Assembly: GCA_964619725.1 (NCBI GenBank)
Contig: CAZUFC010000020.1
Coordinates: forward strand, 54,945-81,140
Direction: 5' to 3'
Source: an uncultured bacterium
GTDB taxonomy: Bacteria > CSSED10-310 > CAZUFC01
DNA length: 26,196 bases
Below are positions 1 to 9,274 of the stretch, in pieces. The notes under the pieces were generated by a model that made no database searches, was not told the origin of the DNA, and was given only the letters and a program-made list of their open reading frames with translations. Each line of letters begins with the position of its first letter. Positions within the stretch are counted from its first letter, which is position 1. The position numbers were made by a program, and so were the translations under genes.

Positions 1-139
1 GACCTGTGTCGCCTTGAGGGCCTGCTGTACCGGTGTCGCCCTGCGGACCCATCGGACCGGTATTTCCTTGCAGTCCCATCAAACCTGTGTCACCTTGAGG
101 GCCCATCAGGCCAGTATCGCCCTGTGGTCCTGTAGGCCC
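1..139 (-). repeat. Collagen Gly-X-Y repeat, degenerate 27-nt (9-aa) unit GPQGDTG(L/P/T)(M/A)
   Basis: Translation [46 protein letters not shown]; Gly at every third residue. Confidence 0.92.
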
Positions 140-619
140 TGTTAAATCCGTTGGATCACCGACCCAATGACCAGCGGCATCAATGACCTCACCGTATCCG
201 GTTATGCTTACGCTGTGAGGGTGAATATCCTGATCGTATACGTCTTCTGCATCTTCCGCATAATAAGCCTGTCCTGAGCTTGTGAGCGCCAGTCGCGGTT
301 CAAGCGTTTCCCCCTCAACCATAACTTCCAGCCAGAACTCGCCGCTGAAATCAATGTCCACTGGATTTACGGAACCCAGTGAAACATTAAAAAGTCCTTC
401 AGTTACAGTCACATCCTGTTGAATCTCCGACCAAAGATTATTTCCTTCCGTTACAGCATCGTAGATGCTGAACATGAATTCGTAACTTCCATTCAACGGC
501 AGTCCTGTTTCATCCGTCAATTGCCCCTGATAATTCAACTGATGCGGAATTATCGCTTTTGCAGGCATCACTGAGAGAAAAAACCCTAAAAGAAACGTTA
601 AAACGACTTTACAATGCAT
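1..619 (-). CDS. Secreted collagen-like fibre protein, 5' part only (continues past the left edge)
   Basis: Manual translation from ATG at 619 (RBS AGGAGG upstream): [22 protein letters not shown] (signal-peptide-like), then [22 protein letters not shown]...LWSE...GLFNVSLGS...FWLEV...LEPRLAL, then Gly-X-Y triplets [19 protein letters not shown]. No stop codon before position 1. Confidence 0.9.
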   Translation of the reverse strand, partial: MHCKVVLTFLLGFFLSVMPAKAIIPHQLNYQGQLTDETGLPLNGSYEFMFSIYDAVTEGNNLWSEIQQDVTVTEGLFNVSLGSVNPVDIDFSGEFWLEVMVEGETLEPRLALTSSGQAYYAEDAEDVYDQDIHPHSVSITGYGEVIDAAGHWVGDPTDLTGPTGPQGDTGLMGPQGDTGLMGLQGNTGPMGPQGDTGTAGPQGDTG

Positions 620-772
620 TTGTTCCTCCTTCTTGAATCCTTTTTTCGATTTAGGCGAAATATCAGTAAAATCTCCTTAATTATTAATACTAAAATATTC
701 CGTTAAATCAAATTCTGGCGAAAATCAAAAATACCGATTCAACGGCAGCAATTTTTTCTGGACTGACTATTC

Positions 773-793
773 AAAAGGCGCTGATTCAAGCGC
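773..793 (-). terminator. Possible weak intrinsic terminator after the methyltransferase
   Basis: Minus strand GCGCT-TGAATC-AGCGC followed by CTTTT, immediately after the stop codon at 795. Confidence 0.4.
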
Positions 794-794
794 A

Positions 795-1415
795 TTAATT
801 CCTCTTCAGCGCTTCAACGAAATAACCGCCTGCGTCATCCCGGACGTGTTCAGGCATCCATCCGCATTTCTTCAACAGGGATTGCATCCGTGAAGCGTCC
901 GGAAGTTTGTCGTGTCTGACGGCCCCTCCGACATTTTTATGAAAGGAGTTCAAAGTTTCTGAGCCTTCCAGATGAATTATGTAAAGCTTGCCGTCATTGC
1001 GCACGACCCTCAGCAATTCTTTCAATGCCCTGGGATGATGGTTGAAGTGAGGAAAAACAGAAAAACATAGCGTAGCGTCTATGCATTCATTTTTCAGGGG
1101 GATGCTTTCCGCGCACGCGCAAATGAGGTGCGGGGAATTCTGCCTGTATTTCCTTCGGGCTGTTTTCAACATTCCTTTTGATATGTCCAGTCCGATGAGT
1201 TTTCCTTTTTCGCCGATTTTTTCCCTGATAAGAGGAACCAGGATGCCTGTTCCGCAACCTACGTCCAGTATGTCCTGATTCTTAAAAAGAGGCATGTCGG
1301 CAATAATGCGCCTGATTTTGAGGCGCTGCTCCGCATCGTAAGTATCGGTGTCCCAGGTATCGGCATGGGAATCGAAAAAGAGGGTTTTTTCCTTGTTTTC
1401 ATAGGCAGTTTGCAT
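795..1415 (-). CDS. Class I SAM-dependent methyltransferase (UbiE-like fold)
   Basis: Motif I ILDVGCGTG, acidic GLDIS motif, LKELLRVVRNDGKLYI post-motif. Confidence 0.9.
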   Translation of the reverse strand: MQTAYENKEKTLFFDSHADTWDTDTYDAEQRLKIRRIIADMPLFKNQDILDVGCGTGILVPLIREKIGEKGKLIGLDISKGMLKTARRKYRQNSPHLICACAESIPLKNECIDATLCFSVFPHFNHHPRALKELLRVVRNDGKLYIIHLEGSETLNSFHKNVGGAVRHDKLPDASRMQSLLKKCGWMPEHVRDDAGGYFVEALKRN

Positions 1416-1441
1416 AAAAGTTTACTCCATGGCTCATGGTT

Positions 1442-2086
1442 TCAGATGGTCCTGGAGGGTTTCATATCGGGGTAACGTTTTTCGATCAGTTTAATGATAA
1501 CCGGAACGGCAACGATCTGCAATATGAGACCGGGTATACCGCTTATCAGGTTGATGACTCCCCAGGTGATGTTGGGAATGTGAAACAGCTCCGCCAGAAG
1601 GAGATGTTCCAGGAAGCTTATGAATCTCGCTGTGACGACTGCGATGATGAAAGCCGGCCAGAATCCCCATTTTAATTTCCTGTAGACGGCTGAGGCTATT
1701 CCGGCGAGGGCCGCCAGTTCGACCATCATCATGGGAGCGACGGGAGGCATAAGGGGCGGCATGCCGGTAAACAGCGAAGAGACGAGCGGCGCCAGCAAGC
1801 CAGCTGCAGCGGCGGTTCTCCATTGCGTCAGGAATCCCAGGGTCAGAATCGGCAAAAACATGGGCAGGAACATTTTACCCAGTCCGACCAGGTGAAATAG
1901 CACGGGTATCACTATCGCCAATGCCAGAAACAATCCTCCGACGGCTATTTCTCTGGCCGTCGAATGATTGTCGTTCCTCTGCGCAACATTATCATCTTTC
2001 ACATCATAAAGCCCTTTCGCCCGAGCCCCAGGCGGCTGATTCACTGTTTTTTCCTGATAATCATTTTTTCCCGTCTTACTCATCAT
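1442..2086 (-). CDS. ECF transporter S component, substrate unknown
   Basis: Small hydrophobic multi-TM protein (GLFLALAIVIP...FLPMFLPI...TGMPP) directly downstream of ECF T and A genes; the hydrophilic first ~45 aa make the start uncertain. Confidence 0.78.
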   Translation of the reverse strand: MMSKTGKNDYQEKTVNQPPGARAKGLYDVKDDNVAQRNDNHSTAREIAVGGLFLALAIVIPVLFHLVGLGKMFLPMFLPILTLGFLTQWRTAAAAGLLAPLVSSLFTGMPPLMPPVAPMMMVELAALAGIASAVYRKLKWGFWPAFIIAVVTARFISFLEHLLLAELFHIPNITWGVINLISGIPGLILQIVAVPVIIKLIEKRYPDMKPSRTI

Positions 2087-2870
2087 ACCTTATTTTTCCT
2101 TCTTGCCTTTCCCGCCAGCCGAGTTTTTCGCCCATCCTTACCGCTTCCGCCCAGCTTTTTCTTTCGGAATTGAAATAATCCGATTCCCTCAACAACCTCT
2201 CTATTGAATCATATTCGCTCATTTCCCCGGAATCCAGAATCATCGCATTCGAACACAACTCATAAGCCGCAGGAATGTCCTGGGTCGCCATGATCATTGT
2301 TGCTTTCAATTTTGTCAATATGTTTATGAAGGTGCGCCGCGCTATGCTGTCAAGGAAAGTCGTAGGTTCATCCAGCAAAAGAATATCAGGCTGCATGGCC
2401 AGAACGGTCGCCAGGGCTCCCCGTTTTTTTTCTCCAAAACTCAACCGCCAGGGTTCCTTGTCTCTTTTGCGCCACATGGCGACCATTTCCAGGGCTTTTT
2501 TAGCGGATTCATATATCCGTTCTTCGGAGTATCCCAGGTTTCGGGGTCCGAATGTCACATCCTGCCATAACGTCGGGTTGAAAAGCTGATCGTCGGGATT
2601 CTGGAATAAAAGTCCCACCTGACTGCCGAGTCTGTCGCCTTTTTGTGAATTCGGTGTTTCATTTAATAATTCAAGTTTTCCCTTCTGAGGTTTAATTAAA
2701 CCGGCGAGTAGATGCAGCACGGTAGTTTTACCGGCTCCGTTCTGCCCGAAAAGAGCCGTTTTCTGTCCCTGCTTCAGGTTGAAACTGATGTTCTTTACTG
2801 CAACGGTGCCGTCCGGATAGGTGTAATGAATATTCTGGAGCTGTAAAACGTCTGAATTCATCATATCCAC
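2076..2870 (-). CDS. ECF transporter ATPase (EcfA/CbiO-like)
   Basis: YTYPDG, Walker A GQNGAGKT, FQNPDDQLF Q-loop region typical of CbiO/EcfA, signature LSFGEKKR, Walker B ILLLDEPT; H-loop reads ATQD. Confidence 0.9.
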   Translation of the reverse strand: MDMMNSDVLQLQNIHYTYPDGTVAVKNISFNLKQGQKTALFGQNGAGKTTVLHLLAGLIKPQKGKLELLNETPNSQKGDRLGSQVGLLFQNPDDQLFNPTLWQDVTFGPRNLGYSEERIYESAKKALEMVAMWRKRDKEPWRLSFGEKKRGALATVLAMQPDILLLDEPTTFLDSIARRTFINILTKLKATMIMATQDIPAAYELCSNAMILDSGEMSEYDSIERLLRESDYFNSERKSWAEAVRMGEKLGWRERQEGKIRYDE

Positions 2871-3601
2871 ATCAGCCTCAGAATGAAAAAAAACGCCGGC
2901 AAAGTAAAAGCGAAAGCAACGTCTGAAATCTTTAATCGCATGATGCTCGCCGGAATGCTCGACATCCGGTATGCCCTCAATTCCATAGCATCTCCCACAC
3001 GCAAAGCGCGTTCGTAAGCCCGCACCGTCAACGCAGCGGTAATGTTCCCGATGTCGCGTATTCGACCCTTTCGGAATCGAAATCCCCTCAGCCGGGCTGC
3101 AGCCGCAGTTCTGAGCAGCTCATCTTTCAGCAAGGGAATATATCGAAGGGCCAGGTGAATCATCCAGACGGCGCGGGGCGGAAATTTCAAGCGGCTGAGA
3201 GCTTCAGCGATCTCCAGGGTTTTCGTCGTCCCCGCCAGGAATCCCCCGAAAGCTACGCCGCAAATAATTGAAGATATCAGATACGTCATCGCACGCAGGG
3301 GATGAGAAATATCTCCGGACCAGCTGAGAAAAAAACCGTAGACAATAAAATATCCTGCAGCAAAAAGCAGCAGAAACGAAAACATACCGAACCGTTTTAT
3401 ATTGAATCTTCGGGATGCGCCGCTGACGGCAAACAAAGATACAGCGACCGCAGCATTGCCCGCATGCAGCCAGAACGGTCCACTGCGGCTGAATGCAGAT
3501 ATGAACAGCGCCGCTATGACCGCTATGATCTTGCTGCGAGCGTCTATCCTTTGAAAAAAATTCTCAGAACTCATCCTTTCAGTCTTCTTTTTTTGAAGCA
3601 A
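2861..3601 (-). CDS. ECF transporter T component (EcfT/CbiQ-like)
   Basis: N-terminal IDARSKI, several TM segments, LALRYIP, and Arg motifs ARLRG and MELRAY. An alternative ATG start lies at 3574. Confidence 0.88.
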   Translation of the reverse strand: MLQKKKTERMSSENFFQRIDARSKIIAVIAALFISAFSRSGPFWLHAGNAAVAVSLFAVSGASRRFNIKRFGMFSFLLLFAAGYFIVYGFFLSWSGDISHPLRAMTYLISSIICGVAFGGFLAGTTKTLEIAEALSRLKFPPRAVWMIHLALRYIPLLKDELLRTAAAARLRGFRFRKGRIRDIGNITAALTVRAYERALRVGDAMELRAYRMSSIPASIMRLKISDVAFAFTLPAFFFILRLMWI

Positions 3602-3672
3602 TCAAAAAACCGCTCTTTTTTTTATCCTGGTTTTCCCATCCTTGACGCGCCGGCGGGAATAACTCCGTGTTT

Positions 3673-3701
3673 TTTATAGACATCAGAATTCAATAAGTCA
3701 A
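3673..3701 (-). promoter_or_regulatory. Putative sigma70 promoter of the ECF operon
   Basis: Minus strand TTGACT (3701-3696), 17 nt, TATAAA (3678-3673). Confidence 0.55.
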
Positions 3702-3715
3702 AATTATTACCAGCG

Positions 3716-4480
3716 TCATCGTTTATCGAGGAAATGCTCGATATTGCCTATTTCCCCGGTCGTTTCGCCGCTGGACTCTGAAGCCAGGTAAAGAATTGCA
3801 GGTACAACCGTTTCCGGCGTCTTCAATTCCTGCTTCGGCTTAGCTTTTCCTTCCCCTTCATCCCGGAAGGCAAGCCTGACCTCTTCCTGCATCGTTGTGT
3901 CAACCTGTCCCGGGTCTATCCCGTTGACGGTTATACCGAAATCCTTCAGTTCTAACGCCAGTATCCGGGTCATTTGTATCAGCCCCGCCTTGGATACCGA
4001 ATAAGCGCCGAAACGTGGAAGGGGCTTCCAGCCTAACCCGGAAACCATGTTGACGATGCGGCCGTATCGCTTGCTCATCATATGCCTGGCCGCCGCCTGC
4101 GAAAGCATAAACGGCGCTTTTACATTTACAGCCATCACTCTGTCCCACTCCTTTTCGGATACATCGGTCAGATACTCTAACGCCCCCAATGTGCCGGCGC
4201 TGTTGATCAACACGTCCAAACATCCGAACTCACGTAAAATCTTCGAAACAACATACAGCGGTTTCTCCGGGTCCGCAAGATCGACCCTCAACGGCAAAAC
4301 CCGGACCCCCTCATTCTCTATCAGGTCGACCGTATCCATTAAATCTTCACGCGTGCGAGCCGCAACAGCCACGTCAGCTCCGCACTTCGCCAACCCGACC
4401 GCTGCAGCGCGTCCTATGCCCCGGCTTCCTCCAGTCACCAGGCATACCTTTCCAGATAAATCATAATTATACTTTTCCAT
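3716..4480 (-). CDS. Classical short-chain dehydrogenase/reductase (FabG-like family)
   Basis: TGGSRGIG cofactor motif, NSAG, catalytic YSVSK, DPG. ATG 4480 with upstream CAGGAG is preferred over the ORF-track start at 4504. Confidence 0.9.
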   Translation of the reverse strand: MEKYNYDLSGKVCLVTGGSRGIGRAAAVGLAKCGADVAVAARTREDLMDTVDLIENEGVRVLPLRVDLADPEKPLYVVSKILREFGCLDVLINSAGTLGALEYLTDVSEKEWDRVMAVNVKAPFMLSQAAARHMMSKRYGRIVNMVSGLGWKPLPRFGAYSVSKAGLIQMTRILALELKDFGITVNGIDPGQVDTTMQEEVRLAFRDEGEGKAKPKQELKTPETVVPAILYLASESSGETTGEIGNIEHFLDKR

Positions 4481-4571
4481 CTTCAGAACTCCTGATAAGG
4501 ACAACCTAAGATATTGAGATCAATTGATTTTTTTGCACTTAGTCTCAGCATAAAAATTGGGCAGTTCTTTG

Positions 4572-4614
4572 CCCCCCCCACTAAATCCCCCCGCAAGCGC
4601 GGGGACTTGTTTTT
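4572..4614. repeat. C-rich/G-rich REP-like hairpin
   Basis: cccccccc-actaaa-tccccccgcaagcgcgggga followed by a T-rich tract; single copy in this window. Confidence 0.35.
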
Positions 4615-5091
4615 ACTTGTAATTTTTTGATCGATTGCTGGATTCTCGTCAAACTTTTCACACTTTTTTATCCGTCAATGTCAGGATATGTGACCTTATA
4701 ACCTTCCATTTCTCATCTGATCTATTCCAGAATCCTCAACTGCCATTACGCCGCATTCTCATGTCGCTCAAAAAAACTGTCGATATCTCCCTGGTAAAAA
4801 GAAAAACAGCGCCTGAGCAGCAGAACCGGCAACCGTCCCGTTCAATTCGATTTATTCCCGTCTGACGGCCTCCGGCAGATTATCACTAAGTATACAATGT
4901 TTATGGTTTTCCCGCAATGAATCAGGAACGCATTACTTCAACGGCTCCGCAATATTCAACCTTTTCAGGCCATTTCCTGGTTTGATTCGATTCTCAAATT
5001 CGGTTACTCTATATGAGCCTCCGCGTTTTCGGATGTTCTTCACGGAAACAGCGGCAACGAGCTCAAACAAGATTGCAGCAGGGAGAAGCGA

Positions 5092-5628
5092 ATGAAAAAA
5101 ATGATCGAGTTGCCCGTTTATCCGAATTGTATAGTATGCGGCAATAAAAAACATAATCCGTCGGCCCTGGGGATTCAATTCACCTGGGACGGAGACCGGA
5201 TCGATACGAAAGTTCGGCTTGACGAATATACTAACGGTTACAAGGGAATCGTGCACGGCGGCATTCAGAGCGCGGTCCTGGATGAAGCGCTCGGATGGGC
5301 CGTTACAATGGTCGTGGGTAATATGACCGTGACGGCCGAATTGAAAGTTAAATTCATCAAACCTTTAAAATCCCCAGGAACATACCGGGTCATCGCTGAA
5401 ATAGTTAAAGATTACGGGTATTTCAGCACGGCCAGAGGACATATCCAGGACGATGACGGCAAAATTTTCGCCCGGGCTTCCGGAAAATTCCATCACATTA
5501 AAGAGGGTCATTTGAACAGGATGCTCGAAGAAACCGCCAGTGAGGCCGGCGAACCGGAATTCGTTCATACCATGCAGAATTTACTGAAAAACGTCCGCGA
5601 AAAAGATGCTTCAAACCGTTCCTCGTAA
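5092..5628 (+). CDS. PaaI-family hotdog-fold thioesterase
   Basis: N-terminal CIVCG...N, HGGIQSAVLDE motif, TAELKVKFIKP; RBS-like GGGAG upstream. Confidence 0.9.
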   Translation: MKKMIELPVYPNCIVCGNKKHNPSALGIQFTWDGDRIDTKVRLDEYTNGYKGIVHGGIQSAVLDEALGWAVTMVVGNMTVTAELKVKFIKPLKSPGTYRVIAEIVKDYGYFSTARGHIQDDDGKIFARASGKFHHIKEGHLNRMLEETASEAGEPEFVHTMQNLLKNVREKDASNRSS

Positions 5629-5862
5629 AATATCCTCTTCCAAATTGATGTTCAGAATCTGCGAATTCCGCCGAAATCAGGAAAAAAAACAAACAATCCT
5701 TCAAAACCCCATATTGGAACAACTCAATACCCTCAAAATGCCCGTAATTCAATACATTAACTGAAAAGACATTCCCAATTCCCTCCCTCATGTATCCAAT
5801 GATCTCATTAATCGCAACCACATTGTCTCATAAACGAACGCCGTGTTTCTTATAGAAAAGGG

Positions 5863-5891
5863 TTGACCTTATTTTAGAATAATTTTAATCT
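5863..5891 (+). promoter_or_regulatory. Putative sigma70 promoter for the glycosyltransferase gene
   Basis: TTGACC (5863-5868), 17 nt, TAATCT (5886-5891). Confidence 0.45.
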
Positions 5892-5948
5892 TCAGGGTCA
5901 GAGGAATTGATGCGTGAGTGACAGAGCATCGTCGAGGTAATCGGAGTC

Positions 5949-8087
5949 ATGAAAGAAAATCATAAACGGGAAAAACTTTTAGCTCTTCTGATCTGGACTT
6001 TGGCGGGCCTGGGAATTTTTGTTTATCTGCTGATAAGGGCCCGAACGCAACATCCCTATCTTTTGAAAATTCTGTCAGGTCCCTTTGAAAAATGGATCGT
6101 ATCGGGGCAGAACCTGCAGGACTGGGCGCCTCATCAGGCATCGCTGATTGCAATCGGTTTCGGGATATTTACCGTATTAATCTGGAACATAGCCCTGATC
6201 CGGTTCAAAAAACTGAGGACTTTGCCTTTGATTTTGACAGGATTATTATTCAGCGGGTTAGGGCAGTATCTGATCATCAAGGACCTGGTTTTCATCGGAA
6301 CCTGGTGTCACATCTGGAGCGGTCTGCCGATCATCCTGGCTGTTATCAGGCTGACCGGGGACATTCTTAACAAGAATCCGCTTTCATTAATAACGCGTTG
6401 GATTCTTTTCGGGTTGGCCATGGCCGTAAGCTTTACTTTTCTCTTTTATCGCCTGGACATATGGACGATTGATTTTTTTTCCTGGTCCCAGCCGAATTTC
6501 TATGACCTGATGACATACTGGACCGGTGAAAGAGATGTTTTTAAACACGCCGTAGTCTGGGGCCAGGGACGGGAAACCACTTCCGGCGAAAATATCATTT
6601 ACGTGGCTATGTCCTTTTCCTTTTTTAAAATCTTCGGCGTTCGTGTTCTGACCCTGAGATTATTGAACGCTATTGCCGGTTTCATCACCCTGGGGCTCGT
6701 TTACCGTTTCTGCAGACGCTATTACAACTCCAAAATCGGTATCTTAACGGTTTTCCTGATGGGTTTTTCTCCCTGGTACAATCTTTACACTCGCTCGGAA
6801 ACGCACGTCTTCTTCACCATGCCCCTGGGGTTACTTGCTGTGTGGGCTTTTATGAATGGATTCATTGAAAAAAGAAGAGTTTATTTCTTCTGGGCCGGGA
6901 TCGTCTGTTCGATTATCCCTTATTTTTATTCCGTAAACCGTTTTCTTCCTTTCTTTTTAATATTTATTCTATTGATAAATGCGTTATGGAAATTGAAGGA
7001 GATCCGAAGGTTCAATTTTTATCTTAAAAATGCAATATTGCCGATCATTTTTTTATTTGCAGGCATCATCCCACCCACAACGCCACAGTTATTATTCACG
7101 GGAATGATCCCGACATCGCTTCCGCAATATGAGAAGCCGGGATATCCTGTCCGCAATTTTTTCAGCGGCCGGGGAGAACAGATATTCAACATGACGCGTT
7201 CATACTGGTACATGGAGCAGATATTTGATGAAGACCCGGGACAACCGCCCTATTCGTTGATGAAGCGTCTGGATGCGGTAAGACGTATCGTGACGAAAAA
7301 CACGCGTGAGCTGCTGCGGAATTTTTCGGGCCTGATGGAGGCGCGTGTGGCGTTGCATTATCATAATTTTCTTAATCCTTATTTATTTCCGTTTCTGATA
7401 TGCGGAGTATACATCGGACTTTCCAGGATACTGCAGGCTCGATACTGGTTGTTGCTTTTATGGGGTTTCAACGGCATATTTCCCACGCTGGGTTCGAACC
7501 TGGTCACTCCGGGTCGTCCCCTGCCGGCGCTGATACCGATGTTCATATTGATCGCGCATACTTTCACCATGCTGTTGTCGGAAATACGGGTAATCCTGGG
7601 GAAATGGTTCGGACGCCTAGTAAATCTCGTTCTTCTGGCGGTATTCATAACCGGGATATCGACATGTGAAGTGGGAGAATTTTTCGATCCCGCCGACAAG
7701 GAAAAAACGTGGCGAGCTCCTCATACGACGGCATACGATATTGAACAGGAAATAATGAAAAACCCGGTATATGTGGTTTATGCTTCCTGGTATTTTTATG
7801 ATGAGGGCGTAATCAGGATAGAAACTTATGAGGAAAGGCAGAAACCTGAGTCTCATCCCATGCATTTGTATTTTCAGGATGCCGATTTTCAGTCATTGGT
7901 TCAAGATTTGGACCAGTCGCCCCGGAGTTTCCGGCCCTCGACTTTTTATTTTCCGCTCAACATAGTCGATGCCAGGGATGAAGTGGTCAAGCCTGTTCTG
8001 GAGAGAGTCCGCAGGAATTATCCCAATGCCCGGGTGAGCGAAGTGGGTCGCACTGTTTTAAAAATTCAAATACCGGCATACCGTTAA
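5949..8087 (+). CDS. GT-C fold membrane glycosyltransferase (ArnT/PMT-like, GT39/GT83-related)
   Basis: More than 10 hydrophobic segments; FKIFGVRVLTLRLLNAIAG...LVYRF...FSPW..YTRS pattern typical of PMT_2/ArnT-like proteins; soluble C-terminal region; RBS GGAG. Confidence 0.75.
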   Translation: MKENHKREKLLALLIWTLAGLGIFVYLLIRARTQHPYLLKILSGPFEKWIVSGQNLQDWAPHQASLIAIGFGIFTVLIWNIALIRFKKLRTLPLILTGLLFSGLGQYLIIKDLVFIGTWCHIWSGLPIILAVIRLTGDILNKNPLSLITRWILFGLAMAVSFTFLFYRLDIWTIDFFSWSQPNFYDLMTYWTGERDVFKHAVVWGQGRETTSGENIIYVAMSFSFFKIFGVRVLTLRLLNAIAGFITLGLVYRFCRRYYNSKIGILTVFLMGFSPWYNLYTRSETHVFFTMPLGLLAVWAFMNGFIEKRRVYFFWAGIVCSIIPYFYSVNRFLPFFLIFILLINALWKLKEIRRFNFYLKNAILPIIFLFAGIIPPTTPQLLFTGMIPTSLPQYEKPGYPVRNFFSGRGEQIFNMTRSYWYMEQIFDEDPGQPPYSLMKRLDAVRRIVTKNTRELLRNFSGLMEARVALHYHNFLNPYLFPFLICGVYIGLSRILQARYWLLLLWGFNGIFPTLGSNLVTPGRPLPALIPMFILIAHTFTMLLSEIRVILGKWFGRLVNLVLLAVFITGISTCEVGEFFDPADKEKTWRAPHTTAYDIEQEIMKNPVYVVYASWYFYDEGVIRIETYEERQKPESHPMHLYFQDADFQSLVQDLDQSPRSFRPSTFYFPLNIVDARDEVVKPVLERVRRNYPNARVSEVGRTVLKIQIPAYR

Positions 8088-8106
8088 TCAATGAAAGGAT
8101 TCAGAG

Positions 8107-9216
8107 ATGTCTGACGTTTATTTTATTTCTGCGAGGTCCACCCGGAACAGCCTGATAGACCGGCTCGGAATAATGCTGGACCGGGCAGGACTCGATTTTA
8201 TCTCTCCCGGCGCTTTAGCTGCGGTCAAAATGCATTTCGGCGAGAAAGGGACGACGAAATTCCTCAGTCCTGTTTTTGTCGGCAAAGTAGTCGAAAAAAT
8301 AAAAGAAAAAAAGGGCAAACCCTTTCTGACTGACACTTCGACTTTATATCGGGGGATGAGGTCTAACGGGGTCGATTACATGGTCCAGGCGGCCCTGCAC
8401 GGATTCAATTATGCGACGGTCAATGCACCCGTAATCATAGCCGACGGCATAAAATCAAAAGACATTGTGGACGTGCCTCTCGATAACCTCAAACACTTCA
8501 AAAGCGTGCAGATTGCAAGCAATGCATACTACGCCGACAGTCTCATCGCGTTGAGTCATTTCAAGGGACACCTGGCTACAGGATTCGGCGGCGCCATTAA
8601 AAATCTGTCTATGGGATTAGGCTCCCGCGCTATGAAACAGAGGATGCATGCCGAAGTGAAACCGGAATTCAAGAATGTTAAATTGTGCATCAGTTGCGGA
8701 CGTTGCGTGAGCGTATGTCCGGCTGATGCCGTCAGGATGAAGGACGAGCATCCCGAATTCATATTTGAAGAATGCATAGGCTGCGCCGAATGCATCACGA
8801 ACTGCCCTACAGGAGCGCTCAGAATACTCTGGAACGAAACTTCCGATAATCTCCAGGAAAAAATGGCGGAAACAGCGCTGGCCGTCGTCAATAACAAAAG
8901 AAACAAAGCCCTTTACGTCAACTTCGTCCTGGATGTAACGCCGGATTGCGACTGCATGCCCTGGAGCGACGTTCCCATCGTGCCCGATGTCGGCATTGCC
9001 GCTTCCGTCGATCCCGTCGCCCTGGATAAAGCCTGCGTCGATATGGTGAACAAACAGCCGGGCATGAAAGATTCAGCCCTTAAAAACAACTTTAAACCGG
9101 GACAGGACAAATTTCGGGGACTTTATAAAAAAGTGGACTGGTCAGTTCAATTGACTTATGGAGAAAAAATAGGGCTGGGTCAAACCCGTTATAATTTAAT
9201 CGAGCTTTCCGACTGA
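8107..9216 (+). CDS. DUF362 protein with inserted 2x[4Fe-4S] ferredoxin domain
   Basis: AVKMHFGEKG, SHFKGH, GGAIKNLSMG, CISCGRCVSVCP, CIGCAECITNCP, PDCDC, DPVALDKAC. Confidence 0.88.
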   Translation: MSDVYFISARSTRNSLIDRLGIMLDRAGLDFISPGALAAVKMHFGEKGTTKFLSPVFVGKVVEKIKEKKGKPFLTDTSTLYRGMRSNGVDYMVQAALHGFNYATVNAPVIIADGIKSKDIVDVPLDNLKHFKSVQIASNAYYADSLIALSHFKGHLATGFGGAIKNLSMGLGSRAMKQRMHAEVKPEFKNVKLCISCGRCVSVCPADAVRMKDEHPEFIFEECIGCAECITNCPTGALRILWNETSDNLQEKMAETALAVVNNKRNKALYVNFVLDVTPDCDCMPWSDVPIVPDVGIAASVDPVALDKACVDMVNKQPGMKDSALKNNFKPGQDKFRGLYKKVDWSVQLTYGEKIGLGQTRYNLIELSD

Positions 9217-9274
9217 TTTGGAAACGAATTCATCACATCCGACTTTATTTAGTCAGCCATTGCGTTAAAAGGTT

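Noticed and set aside
4635-4865. 76-aa ORF in the SDR-thioesterase gap
   Set aside because: TTG start, no clear RBS, no recognisable motif.
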